A stretch of DNA of 53,969 nucleotides from a virus (Duplodnaviria; Caudoviricetes): IMG/VR virus record IMGVR_UViG_3300018080_000224, positions 1 to 53,969 of that record; one strand, 5' to 3'. Shown piece after piece: positions 1 through 7,853 of the stretch. The notes below the pieces were generated by a model. The model saw only the letters and a program-made list of their open reading frames with translations. It was not told the DNA's origin and made no database searches. Made by a program: the position numbers and the translations under genes. Every line of letters begins with the position of its first letter. Within the stretch, counting starts at the first letter, position 1.

Positions 1-34
1 ATCTTTCATTATTAAAAATGTAGCGAGGTAATTA

Positions 35-496
35 ATGGACGCAACTACTTTTAGATTCTTGACACTGGGAGTATTAATAGGAGTATTTTTTATAGCATAT
101 GTAGTAGCTGAAGCTAAACGTGAGACAGTACAAAAAGAAGTTGACAATCTTAAAAAATTATTGGAAGAAGAGCAAGTTAAGAATTCTACAGTAATTTCTC
201 AGAAAAAGTCAAGTGAAATCAGAATAGGACAAGTAGCAGAGCATCTAATACCATTTCTATCACAATGTAAATATGATCCTAAGTCGATGCATTTTCAAGG
301 AAATCCGATAGATTTTTTAGTATATGATTTAGATCAAGCTGAAATAATATTTTTAGAAGTCAAAACTGGAAAAAGTAAACTGTCGAAAAGGCAGAAGACT
401 ATCAAAAATATAATCAAAGCTGGAAAAGTTTACTATGAAGAAATCCGAGTTAGCCCAAAAGGTGTTCGGGTTCGTAGAGAAAAGAACGAAAAATAG
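35..496 (+). CDS. Holliday junction resolvase-like PD-(D/E)xK endonuclease with N-terminal TM helix (Endonuc_Holl-like)
   Basis: GQVAEHLIPF...GNPIDFLVY...IIFLEVKTGKSKLSKRQ motifs; hydrophobic N-terminus; GAGG SD. Confidence 0.8.
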   Translation: MDATTFRFLTLGVLIGVFFIAYVVAEAKRETVQKEVDNLKKLLEEEQVKNSTVISQKKSSEIRIGQVAEHLIPFLSQCKYDPKSMHFQGNPIDFLVYDLDQAEIIFLEVKTGKSKLSKRQKTIKNIIKAGKVYYEEIRVSPKGVRVRREKNEK

Positions 497-510
497 ACAT
501 TGGAGCATTT

Positions 511-837
511 ATGGATAAAGTAAAAAAGTTTTTTAGTAGTATGGGTGGAAAAATTGTCTTGATTTTTTCCGTAATATTTTCTATACTTATATATATCCTA
601 GACAAAAAAAATAGGGAAATAGTATCATTCAAGGCTAAGGCTAAGCTAGTGAAGACGGAGCAAGAAGCTAAAGACCTCAAGAGAGAGATCAATGCGGCCT
701 CCAAAGAAAGAGATATGCTAAAGGGAGAAAGAGAGAGTATTAATGAGGCCTTAAATATTCTAAAAACTAAACGTAAACAATTAAAAGAAGAATCAAAAAA
801 CAAATCTAGTAAAGATATTGAAAGCTTCTGGGAATAA
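511..837 (+). CDS. membrane-anchored coiled-coil protein
   Basis: TM segment IVLIFSVIFSILIYIL then a charged heptad-like region; GGAG SD. Confidence 0.6.
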   Translation: MDKVKKFFSSMGGKIVLIFSVIFSILIYILDKKNREIVSFKAKAKLVKTEQEAKDLKREINAASKERDMLKGERESINEALNILKTKRKQLKEESKNKSSKDIESFWE

Positions 838-847
838 AGGACATACA

Positions 848-1135
848 ATGTACGGAAACATAAAAGAGTCAGATTTAGACACTCCATGCTTAATGAACGA
901 CGAAGAAGGTCGATTAATGACAATAAGAGAAAGATTAGATGAGCTTTGTTTAGACGAAGAACTCGAATATGTCGATTATAAATTAACGCAGGGTAGATTT
1001 TCTGAAGAAATTACAATAGGAAAATTTACTGCCTGGACAGAAAGTTATGTTATAATTTATATGTCAGCATTATTTGGAGAAGAGTATTTCATGAAATTAG
1101 ATAGAAATCCTCCTCCAAAAAATATGAGATATTAA
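848..1135 (+). CDS. hypothetical protein
   Basis: ORF in gene-dense operon; AAGGA SD favours ATG at 848 over TTG at 818. Confidence 0.55.
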   Translation: MYGNIKESDLDTPCLMNDEEGRLMTIRERLDELCLDEELEYVDYKLTQGRFSEEITIGKFTAWTESYVIIYMSALFGEEYFMKLDRNPPPKNMRY

Positions 1136-1170
1136 ACGGCAGTTAGTTTAAATTTTAACTAGGAGTTACT

Positions 1171-1506
1171 TTGTTAACCGCAGCTCAAGCAAGAAGTAAG
1201 GCCAAGGATACAAAATTACAACAAAAGGTCAATTTCGTGGACGAAGTAGTAGAATTGATGGAAAAGATAGATAAATCAGTGGACAAAGCTGCCTCTGAAG
1301 GTAAATTGACGTGTACTGTAAGTTGTATTAAACAATATGGAATTAGAGACAAAAATGGGGTATGGGGTTGGTACTATCCTAATTTTATAATTAACGAAAT
1401 AAAAAAGAGACTAAAAAATTCTGGATATGACGTTAAAATAGAAAGAAAGAAGAAACGAGAATTAGAAGACTATAGCTACAAAGATTTAATCATTTCATGG
1501 AAATAA
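1171..1506 (+). CDS. hypothetical phage protein
   Basis: GGAG SD plus TTG start; C-terminal LIISW typical of a small phage protein family. Confidence 0.65.
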   Translation: MLTAAQARSKAKDTKLQQKVNFVDEVVELMEKIDKSVDKAASEGKLTCTVSCIKQYGIRDKNGVWGWYYPNFIINEIKKRLKNSGYDVKIERKKKRELEDYSYKDLIISWK

Positions 1507-1507
1507 T

Positions 1508-1753
1508 ATGAGATATTATGAAATAGCGGATTTTATGCATGAGCAGGGTGATATTACACTACTTGAGAAGAAAATAATTTATAAGCTAAGTAAAGATTAT
1601 GAGGGAGTCAGAGATTTACTGGACATATATATAAAAGAACCAGTAAAAGAACAAATACACACATCTGAATTTATAAGAGAAACGTGTATAGAAATATTAT
1701 TCACTTGGTATACTACATGTAGGGATAAGCATGACAAGAAAAGAAGCAAATAG
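1508..1753 (+). CDS. hypothetical protein
   Basis: ORF abutting neighbours. Confidence 0.55.
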   Translation: MRYYEIADFMHEQGDITLLEKKIIYKLSKDYEGVRDLLDIYIKEPVKEQIHTSEFIRETCIEILFTWYTTCRDKHDKKRSK

Positions 1754-1961
1754 AAAAATAGTAAAAATTATTGAAAAAGAGATCGAAAGTCCATTTAATG
1801 AAGATATTAGATTTGGTCAATTGATGAGAAACATAGGAGTAGTATTAGAAGATAGAAATGGTCTTCCTAATGAACCTATTATGTGGTATGATGAGTTTAA
1901 TTTAGAAAGTACAGAATTACTAAAAAGAATTAGAAAAACTATTAAAAAATTGGAGTGGTAA
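1731..1961 (+). CDS. hypothetical phage protein
   Basis: DIRFGQLMRN motif seen in small phage proteins; overlaps upstream gene. Confidence 0.6.
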   Translation: MTRKEANRKIVKIIEKEIESPFNEDIRFGQLMRNIGVVLEDRNGLPNEPIMWYDEFNLESTELLKRIRKTIKKLEW

Positions 1962-1962
1962 T

Positions 1963-2166
1963 ATGTATAGATGTGATATATGCAATACTATAGTTGGACC
2001 TAGCGTTAAAGTTATAAAAAGGGTATCAAAAAAGAGAAATAAAGAGTATGTTAATGAAATAAAAGACAAGAAAGGAAGTAGACGTAAAGTATATAGCGAT
2101 GGATGGGAAATAGCTAAAGAAGTAGCTTTGTGTCATATTTGCGATGGAAAGGATATTCTAGGATGA
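1963..2166 (+). CDS. small zinc-ribbon protein
   Basis: CDIC...CHIC; GGAG SD. Confidence 0.65.
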   Translation: MYRCDICNTIVGPSVKVIKRVSKKRNKEYVNEIKDKKGSRRKVYSDGWEIAKEVALCHICDGKDILG

Positions 2167-2459
2167 AATATTTATTTATTATATCACTATTTTTAACAAG
2201 TTGTAGTGGTACATTTGATATTTTTAATTTAAATCCTAGATTTGAGGTTGGAGATTGTATAAAAAAAGTACACGAACCACGAGAATCTTGGGACGTACCA
2301 GACTTTGATACTGGATATAAAATTAAAGAGATTGGAAAACATCATTACAGATTAGTGTGGTGGTATCCAAAAAAATGGAGAAATCATGATGTTGGGTTTG
2401 CTGGTTACACTACTTTTAGTTATATGGACAGTTCACACAAGAAAGTGGAGTGTAAGTAA
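2163..2459 (+). CDS. lipoprotein
   Basis: start at ATG 2163 gives MKYLFIISLFLTS-C, a lipobox signal peptide; ATGA overlap with upstream gene. Confidence 0.7.
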   Translation: MKYLFIISLFLTSCSGTFDIFNLNPRFEVGDCIKKVHEPRESWDVPDFDTGYKIKEIGKHHYRLVWWYPKKWRNHDVGFAGYTTFSYMDSSHKKVECK

Positions 2460-3127
2460 TGAAAATATTTGCACTATCAGGATTTAAGTTTTCAGGAAAA
2501 GATACTGTAGCAGATTATTTAGTAAAAAATTACGGGATGATGAAGCATTCTTTTGCTGGACCACTAAAAGATATGGTTTCGGAAACATATAAATTTCATA
2601 GGACATATTTGGATGACCCAACAAAAAAAGAAACTCCATTAACTCAATATCCAGTAGACCCAAAAGATGAGTTTTCTATGATGATATCTGGATTTATGTT
2701 TAAAGAATTTAGAGAAAGAAACGGAAATGTTCCAGAGGATAGAACTAAACTACACAAAAAAGAATTATTTTGGACTCCTAGGGCACTCGCAATTCTAGAA
2801 GGATCAGTAAAAAGGTCGGTAAATTCAAAACATTGGGTATCTTCAGTAATTGATAAAATAGCTTTCAGTAAAGATAAAATTCACGTTATTTCTGATATGA
2901 GGTATAAAAGTGAAATGTCTCAACTCAAAGCTTATTTTGGATCGGCTTTAGTAACTGTTAGAATAGATAGATTTGATACCGTTGATTCTAAAGACCCGAG
3001 CGAGTTTGATTTAGCTAGCACCAAACACAATATTATATTAAATAACAGAGGTACTATAGGAGATTTATATAAAAATATAGACCTTATGTTAGACAGAAGA
3101 AATATAAAAGGACCATTAAATGTCTGA
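2459..3127 (+). CDS. deoxynucleoside monophosphate kinase (T4 gp1-like)
   Basis: P-loop SGFKFSGKDT, FAGPLK, TPR, ISDMRY, PSE motifs. Confidence 0.85.
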   Translation: MKIFALSGFKFSGKDTVADYLVKNYGMMKHSFAGPLKDMVSETYKFHRTYLDDPTKKETPLTQYPVDPKDEFSMMISGFMFKEFRERNGNVPEDRTKLHKKELFWTPRALAILEGSVKRSVNSKHWVSSVIDKIAFSKDKIHVISDMRYKSEMSQLKAYFGSALVTVRIDRFDTVDSKDPSEFDLASTKHNIILNNRGTIGDLYKNIDLMLDRRNIKGPLNV

Positions 3128-3464
3128 TAATAAAAAAGATAATTTAGATGATATTACAAAAAAAGTTAGAAAAGCTGCTAAGGAAGGTAATGTAACCTTC
3201 GCAACTGACCATATTATTGATATGTATCCAGAAATAGTGAATAGATTATTAGATGATGTGCTACAACATCCAGAAGCTTTTATAAGTGATATGAGCTGTA
3301 TTAATGATTTTTGTTGGGCAAGAGATGATGATGAATATAAAGAAGAATTACTAGAAATAGAAGAACGATTAGAAGCTGTATTTGGAGTAAAGATAGAAGG
3401 GTTCGAATCTATGGAGTTTGGAGAACTCGTACCACTTATAGAATTACGGAGAGGTTCTTATTAA
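3120..3464 (+). CDS. acidic hypothetical protein (possible ACP-like fold)
   Basis: ORF overlapping neighbours; C-terminal LEAVFGVKIE...GELVPLIE. Confidence 0.55.
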   Translation: MSDNKKDNLDDITKKVRKAAKEGNVTFATDHIIDMYPEIVNRLLDDVLQHPEAFISDMSCINDFCWARDDDEYKEELLEIEERLEAVFGVKIEGFESMEFGELVPLIELRRGSY

Positions 3465-4155
3465 AAGACTACTAATAGTATTATTAATATGTTTTTCAGC
3501 TACTGCTAAAGATAAACTTAAAGTTATGGTGCTTGATACCGGAGCAGATAAGAAAAACACATATATAATGAAACATATACCAAAGGATTACGAATTTCAT
3601 CAAGACGAAAACGGACATGGTACTAGTATTTCTTGGTTTATACTGAAGGACGCTTGCGAAGAAGTGGAACTTTACCCGTGTAAATTCTACGGAGTAAAAT
3701 ACTATATTAATAATATAGAAAGATTGGTAGATTGTTTAGAACATGCTAATATGTTAGATATTGATATCATAAATTTGTCAGGCGGAGGTAGATCGCCTTA
3801 TAAATCTGAAAAAGAGTGGATATCAAAATTCCTAAAAAAAAGAGGAAGACTATTTATAGCCGCTGCTGGAAACAATAATCAAGATTTAGATAAAAATCCA
3901 TATTACCCCGCCAGCTATAGGATTGACGGACTTAGGGTTGTAGGTGCTTTGGACCCAAAAACGAAGAAAAGAGCTTCATATAGTAGCTACGCTGATTGGA
4001 TAGTGTGGGAAATTGGTACTGCTAATTCTTTTGGTTTAAATTATAAAAGTACAATTATTAGCGGAACTTCAGTATCTACTGCTATTTATACTGGAAAGAT
4101 AGTAAAGAGGTGGTGTGAAAAAAGGAGAAAAAATGCCATACATCAAAAAAAATAA
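3460..4155 (+). CDS. secreted subtilisin-like (S8) serine protease, probable ATT start
   Basis: catalytic motifs LDTG, GHGT, AAAGN, SGTSVS; in-frame upstream extension IKRLLIVLLICFSATA is a signal peptide; ORF track starts at 3526. Confidence 0.85.
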   Translation: MKRLLIVLLICFSATAKDKLKVMVLDTGADKKNTYIMKHIPKDYEFHQDENGHGTSISWFILKDACEEVELYPCKFYGVKYYINNIERLVDCLEHANMLDIDIINLSGGGRSPYKSEKEWISKFLKKRGRLFIAAAGNNNQDLDKNPYYPASYRIDGLRVVGALDPKTKKRASYSSYADWIVWEIGTANSFGLNYKSTIISGTSVSTAIYTGKIVKRWCEKRRKNAIHQKK

Positions 4156-4390
4156 ACGTGACGAAATGAAGGGTTTAATCAATGCCCTATCAGACCAAAT
4201 AGGAGGAATGCCTGGAAACTTAAACTACGTAATAACCAAATTAGTTCTAAACTCCATGCCTCAGAAACCTACATATTTTAATTATAATGAAATGGTAGGG
4301 GTGTTGGAGTGCGCTAAGCAGGAATTTTACAGAAGAGCGGCAGTTCCTTATGAGAAAAATAAAATAGACGAAAATGGAGATGTATATTAA
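4133..4390 (+). CDS. conserved phage hypothetical protein (MPYIK family)
   Basis: MPYIK...GNLNYVIT...GVLECAKQEFYRR...PYEKNKIDENGDVY; AAGGAG SD before ATG 4133. Confidence 0.75.
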   Translation: MPYIKKNKRDEMKGLINALSDQIGGMPGNLNYVITKLVLNSMPQKPTYFNYNEMVGVLECAKQEFYRRAAVPYEKNKIDENGDVY

Positions 4391-4486
4391 GTGAAAAACG
4401 TAATAGTATTCACTTTAGGTATAACCTGCTTTTTCGGAACAGGACTATTAATACTTGAAATTGTTAGAAGATTACTAGTACCATAA
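4391..4486 (+). CDS. 31-aa membrane peptide
   Basis: GTG start after GGAG; MKNVIVFTLGITCFFGTGLLILEIVRRLLVP; below ORF-track cutoff. Confidence 0.45.
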   Translation: MKNVIVFTLGITCFFGTGLLILEIVRRLLVP

Positions 4487-4510
4487 ATAACTACAAAAGG
4501 GAGAATAATA

Positions 4511-4648
4511 ATGCCTAGATTTGATGGAACAGGGCCAAATGGAAAAGGACCAAAAACTGGTAGAGGACTTGGTAATTGTAATAAAAATACTAAAAATGGT
4601 AACGTTAAAAACTCCAAAAAAGCAAAAGGTAAAGTAAAAAAGAAATAG
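4511..4648 (+). CDS. DUF5320-like small basic protein
   Basis: MPRFDGTGPNGKGPKTGRGLGNC motif, Lys-rich tail; GGGAG SD; 45 aa, not in ORF track. Confidence 0.75.
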   Translation: MPRFDGTGPNGKGPKTGRGLGNCNKNTKNGNVKNSKKAKGKVKKK

Positions 4649-4656
4649 GTATATTT

Positions 4657-5055
4657 ATGAAAAATGACATGCCGCCTCCTGGCAGAAAGCTTGATAGACT
4701 AATTGCTCAAAAAATATTTGGTTGCCAAGTTAAGATGATACCAGTATTTAGAGATTCAGAGGAATTGGAACCATCTTATTGTTGTACTTGTAAAGATCAA
4801 GCGCACAGGATTCAAAAATCATCTTTCCGTTATCGGGATGAAGATATAAAATTTTATTCTTCGTCAATAGAAGCTGCTTGGGAAATTGTTGATAAACTAG
4901 GAGAACATCCTGGATATTACAGTGTAAGGCTTGCTGGTCACTCAACTTTATACAGATGTGTGTTTGAAGAACAAGGTAAGTTTGAGGCTTTCGGAAAATC
5001 TGCACCTCATGCTATATGCTTGGCAGCCCTAAAAGCAATAGGTTATGAGGAATAA
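4657..5055 (+). CDS. phage ABA-sandwich domain protein
   Basis: LDRLIAQKIFG...YSSSIEAAWEIVDKL...APHAICLAALKA. Confidence 0.75.
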   Translation: MKNDMPPPGRKLDRLIAQKIFGCQVKMIPVFRDSEELEPSYCCTCKDQAHRIQKSSFRYRDEDIKFYSSSIEAAWEIVDKLGEHPGYYSVRLAGHSTLYRCVFEEQGKFEAFGKSAPHAICLAALKAIGYEE

Positions 5056-5293
5056 TATGACAGTTTGGGTAGTAGTGCATAGGTTTGAGGATAGTTGTAG
5101 TAAAATAGGTTGGGAAGACATAAAATGTATATGTAGGGATGAAGATACTGCTGTAGCAGAAACTGTAAAATTAATTAGAAAAGAACTATCTGTAGGTAAG
5201 AATAAAAAATTAAAATGGAAACGATTGGGAGAGAACTTGTGGGGAGCTGGTAAAGAATATGAAGTAGAATTAATAGAAATGGAGGTCATATGA
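5045..5293 (+). CDS. hypothetical protein
   Basis: ORF coupled to neighbours; start may be 5057. Confidence 0.55.
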   Translation: MRNNMTVWVVVHRFEDSCSKIGWEDIKCICRDEDTAVAETVKLIRKELSVGKNKKLKWKRLGENLWGAGKEYEVELIEMEVI

Positions 5294-5499
5294 TGCATAA
5301 TGATATGGCAATGGCTATCGCTGCTTACGAGGCTGATAATTACGAATTAATCCTCAGAGAAGCTTTAGAAACAAATAATATAGAAATAGTAGAGTTTTGT
5401 AGAATACATATATATCCTAGTTATATAGATGCTGCTCTAGCTGCTGAAATAGATATAGATGTAGAATTAGTGAATATATTTGGAGGACCGTTAGAATGA
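5290..5499 (+). CDS. acidic hypothetical protein
   Basis: GGAGG SD, ATGA overlaps. Confidence 0.6.
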   Translation: MMHNDMAMAIAAYEADNYELILREALETNNIEIVEFCRIHIYPSYIDAALAAEIDIDVELVNIFGGPLE

Positions 5500-5822
5500 A
5501 GAAATCAGAAAAAATATTATTAGCAGTACTAGTAGTACTTTTAGCAGTTACAGTGTGGTTCCATTTCCACCCTAAAAATAGTTTTGAACCTAACGACTGT
5601 ATAGCGACTTTAGGTAAGAATCAAAACATATATACATTTTGGGTAGTAGATTATAATAAAGATATAGATAAGTATTTGATGTGGTTTTATAATAAGGAAA
5701 GAATAGAACTTCCGATAGTAATTAATGCTGATATTATAGATAAAACTTCGGAAAAAGTAGATTGCCCTCTATATCTGCAACAAAGAATAGATAAAAAGGA
5801 GCCGAAAAATGTCCAATGGTGA
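5496..5822 (+). CDS. membrane-anchored protein
   Basis: N-terminal TM ILLAVLVVLLAVTVWF; FEPNDCI...KVDC resembles the 2163 lipoprotein. Confidence 0.65.
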   Translation: MKKSEKILLAVLVVLLAVTVWFHFHPKNSFEPNDCIATLGKNQNIYTFWVVDYNKDIDKYLMWFYNKERIELPIVINADIIDKTSEKVDCPLYLQQRIDKKEPKNVQW

Positions 5823-6243
5823 TAAATACGGGCACTGGATAGCCACCGGTTCTAGTACAACTACTGGAAATAGTATTACTGTTACGTCTACTCCTAACGG
5901 CAATAATTACCAATATATGACCTGCGACGACGACGGCACAATATTAGTTTACACTACTGACGGTACTGGAGGATTAACGACGTGTTCGAACATGCCTAGA
6001 ACAGAAAATGTCTACCAATCTCCAGATTATGAAGGAGAATCTCTAACAGGTCCAGAAGACAAAATATGTACGAAGTGTAAAGAAACTGTTCCAGACCATA
6101 AAGTAGCCGCTTCATACGGCTACAGAAAAATAGCCAAACACGTATGTCATAAATGTTATATAAAACAACTAGATAAACAATTTGGAATAGAAGAATCAGT
6201 AGATATAGAAGATGTACTATATGGCGAAAAAGAAGAAAATTAG
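5809..6243 (+). CDS. zinc-ribbon protein
   Basis: CTKC...CHKC; Thr/Ser-rich N-terminus; ends EDVLYGEKEEN. Confidence 0.65.
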   Translation: MSNGDKYGHWIATGSSTTTGNSITVTSTPNGNNYQYMTCDDDGTILVYTTDGTGGLTTCSNMPRTENVYQSPDYEGESLTGPEDKICTKCKETVPDHKVAASYGYRKIAKHVCHKCYIKQLDKQFGIEESVDIEDVLYGEKEEN

Positions 6244-6526
6244 GTCAACTACAGCTAGTTTTAATAATTCTCTTAATAATAATACTAGTATTGGAACTAC
6301 TGAACCAGGAAATTTAACTATTCATACAGATAGTACAGATATTATTATTTATGGAGAAAAAGAAGGGGTGTGCGATTCTTGTAAAGAAATTAAACAGCTA
6401 TCTTTAGGATTTAAGTTTAGTGCTATAGAAAGAAAAATATGTGGTCGTTGTTTGAATATGAAAATAGATAAGATGTTTAAGACGGGAATGGATGTGGATT
6501 TTGAAGAGGTGTTGTATGATGACTAA
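6221..6526 (+). CDS. zinc-ribbon protein, paralog of upstream gene
   Basis: CDSC...CGRC; ends EEVLYDD. Confidence 0.65.
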   Translation: MAKKKKIRSTTASFNNSLNNNTSIGTTEPGNLTIHTDSTDIIIYGEKEGVCDSCKEIKQLSLGFKFSAIERKICGRCLNMKIDKMFKTGMDVDFEEVLYDD

Positions 6527-6712
6527 AGTTGATTATAGCCCTCATTTGTGCGTGGAGAGTCCTCAGATTGGCTTCTAAGGGCCTTTTAGCTACCAACCTA
6601 TTACCAACTACCTACAAGTCGATCTCAAGCCAATACAGAGCATTTTAGAGGTTTTAGTACTATTTTAGCCTGTAAAAGCTGTAATAGAAATATTATTCGT
6701 TTTTATCACTTT

Positions 6713-6785
6713 GAAAAAGAATGAACCCCACCCTGTCCGAGGAGTTAACAGGGTTGGGGTCCACGTTAGCCTCCGAAGAAGCTAA
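6713..6785 (-). terminator. tandem hairpins ending the late operon
   Basis: minus strand TTAGCTTC-TTCG-GAGGCTAA (cUUCGg loop), then GGACCCC/ACCCTGT...ACAGGGT/GGGGTTC followed by ATTCTTTTT; lies at the convergence of the two transcription directions. Confidence 0.75.
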
Positions 6786-6788
6786 ACC

Positions 6789-7001
6789 TTATTTTTTAAG
6801 AGCTTCCAAAAGTTCATTCATTTTTGCTTTAAGCTCGTTGCAGAGGGCCATAGTAGTAGCTGCATCAATTGCATCAATAGTAGATATAGCTTCAACAGCA
6901 CTAGGTTTAGAGGCTCTCGATTGATATACTTTTGCTGGGCTTGAAGTCTTTAAAGACTCACAAGGTTTGTTCTTACAAACTTTTCCTGTTCCAATTGCCA
7001 T
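6789..7001 (-). CDS. small head-fibre/trimeric coiled-coil-like protein
   Basis: AAGGAG SD before ATG 7001; C-terminus NELKAKMNELLEALKK matches the long fibre's NELKAQVNDLLGKLR. Confidence 0.6.
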   Translation of the reverse strand: MAIGTGKVCKNKPCESLKTSSPAKVYQSRASKPSAVEAISTIDAIDAATTMALCNELKAKMNELLEALKK

Positions 7002-7078
7002 AATATACACTCCTTTTTTGACAAATTATTTAAACTAACGGTGATTCCTCCGAAAAGGCCGCAAATCAAATAAAGGGT

Positions 7079-7480
7079 CTATTTTTTATAATATTGAATG
7101 TGAAAATGGAACGCTCCATTTCCAACTTTATGAACTTTGGCAGTCCATTTATAGTAGTTAGAACTATCATACTTATTATTTAAATATGTAGTAATTCTAC
7201 TCCTCTCATCGTCTGTATAAACTCTACTTCTAATATCTAATCCATGCCAAAACTGGTGTGGAGATTTAAAAGGTTTATTCTTATATCTTCCAGAATTTCT
7301 ATACAGATAATCTTGTTCTTTTGGGGTTCTAAAAATCATAGTAAGAATAACATCTTTACTAAGCTCTTTATCTACCCATTTATATAGGTCTAATACAAGC
7401 TTTAGTAGAGGTTTATTATGATGTCTAAGTTCCCGTAATTCGTCTTTTAGCCGCTTTGAATTATTTTTCGCATGTAACAT
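7079..7480 (-). CDS. M15-like (Hedgehog/DD-peptidase fold) Zn endopeptidase, probable endolysin
   Basis: FRT, SPH-x6-D (SPHQFWHGLD) and HFHIQ zinc-ligand pattern; end of late operon. Confidence 0.75.
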   Translation of the reverse strand: MLHAKNNSKRLKDELRELRHHNKPLLKLVLDLYKWVDKELSKDVILTMIFRTPKEQDYLYRNSGRYKNKPFKSPHQFWHGLDIRSRVYTDDERSRITTYLNNKYDSSNYYKWTAKVHKVGNGAFHFHIQYYKK

Positions 7481-7483
7481 ATA

Positions 7484-7600
7484 TTATTTCTTTTTCTTCT
7501 TCTTCTTTTTGTTTTGACCTTTTACGAGAGGTTTGTGAATCATAACTTTTTTCTTCTTAGGTTTTTTCTTCTTACTTTTCTTAGACTTATTACGCCCCAT
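7484..7600 (-). CDS. 38-aa poly-lysine peptide
   Basis: MGRNKSKKSKKKKPKKKKVMIHKPLVKGQNKKKKKKKK fills the intergenic gap; weak SD. Confidence 0.5.
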   Translation of the reverse strand: MGRNKSKKSKKKKPKKKKVMIHKPLVKGQNKKKKKKKK

Positions 7601-7628
7601 TTATAATATGCTTTCGTGATTTATTAGT

Positions 7629-7841
7629 TTAAGAAATATCTTCATCTGAGTTCATCGCAGCTTCAGCTAAAGCCATTAAATCGTCCGCTTTCGTTTGTGC
7701 TTCTGCTAGTGTTATTTCATTGAAGCACTTTTTACTCAAAGATGCATCGTCAGATGATCCCACATCTCCGAAGTAATACGCCTTTACTACATTATCAATG
7801 ACTCTAAGTTCTACTCTACACTCTTTTATTGTTTTTGCCAT
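7629..7841 (-). CDS. small protein downstream of tail fibre (possible fibre chaperone)
   Basis: AGGAG SD; position. Confidence 0.55.
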   Translation of the reverse strand: MAKTIKECRVELRVIDNVVKAYYFGDVGSSDDASLSKKCFNEITLAEAQTKADDLMALAEAAMNSDEDIS

Positions 7842-7853
7842 TATATTCTCCTA

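Noticed and set aside
450-5298. - strand ORFs 450-923, 4387-4617, 4748-5005, 5029-5298
   Set aside because: They are antisense to a tightly coupled + strand operon.
6721-6924. + strand 67-aa ORF
   Set aside because: It runs through terminator hairpins and is antisense to the 6789-7001 gene.
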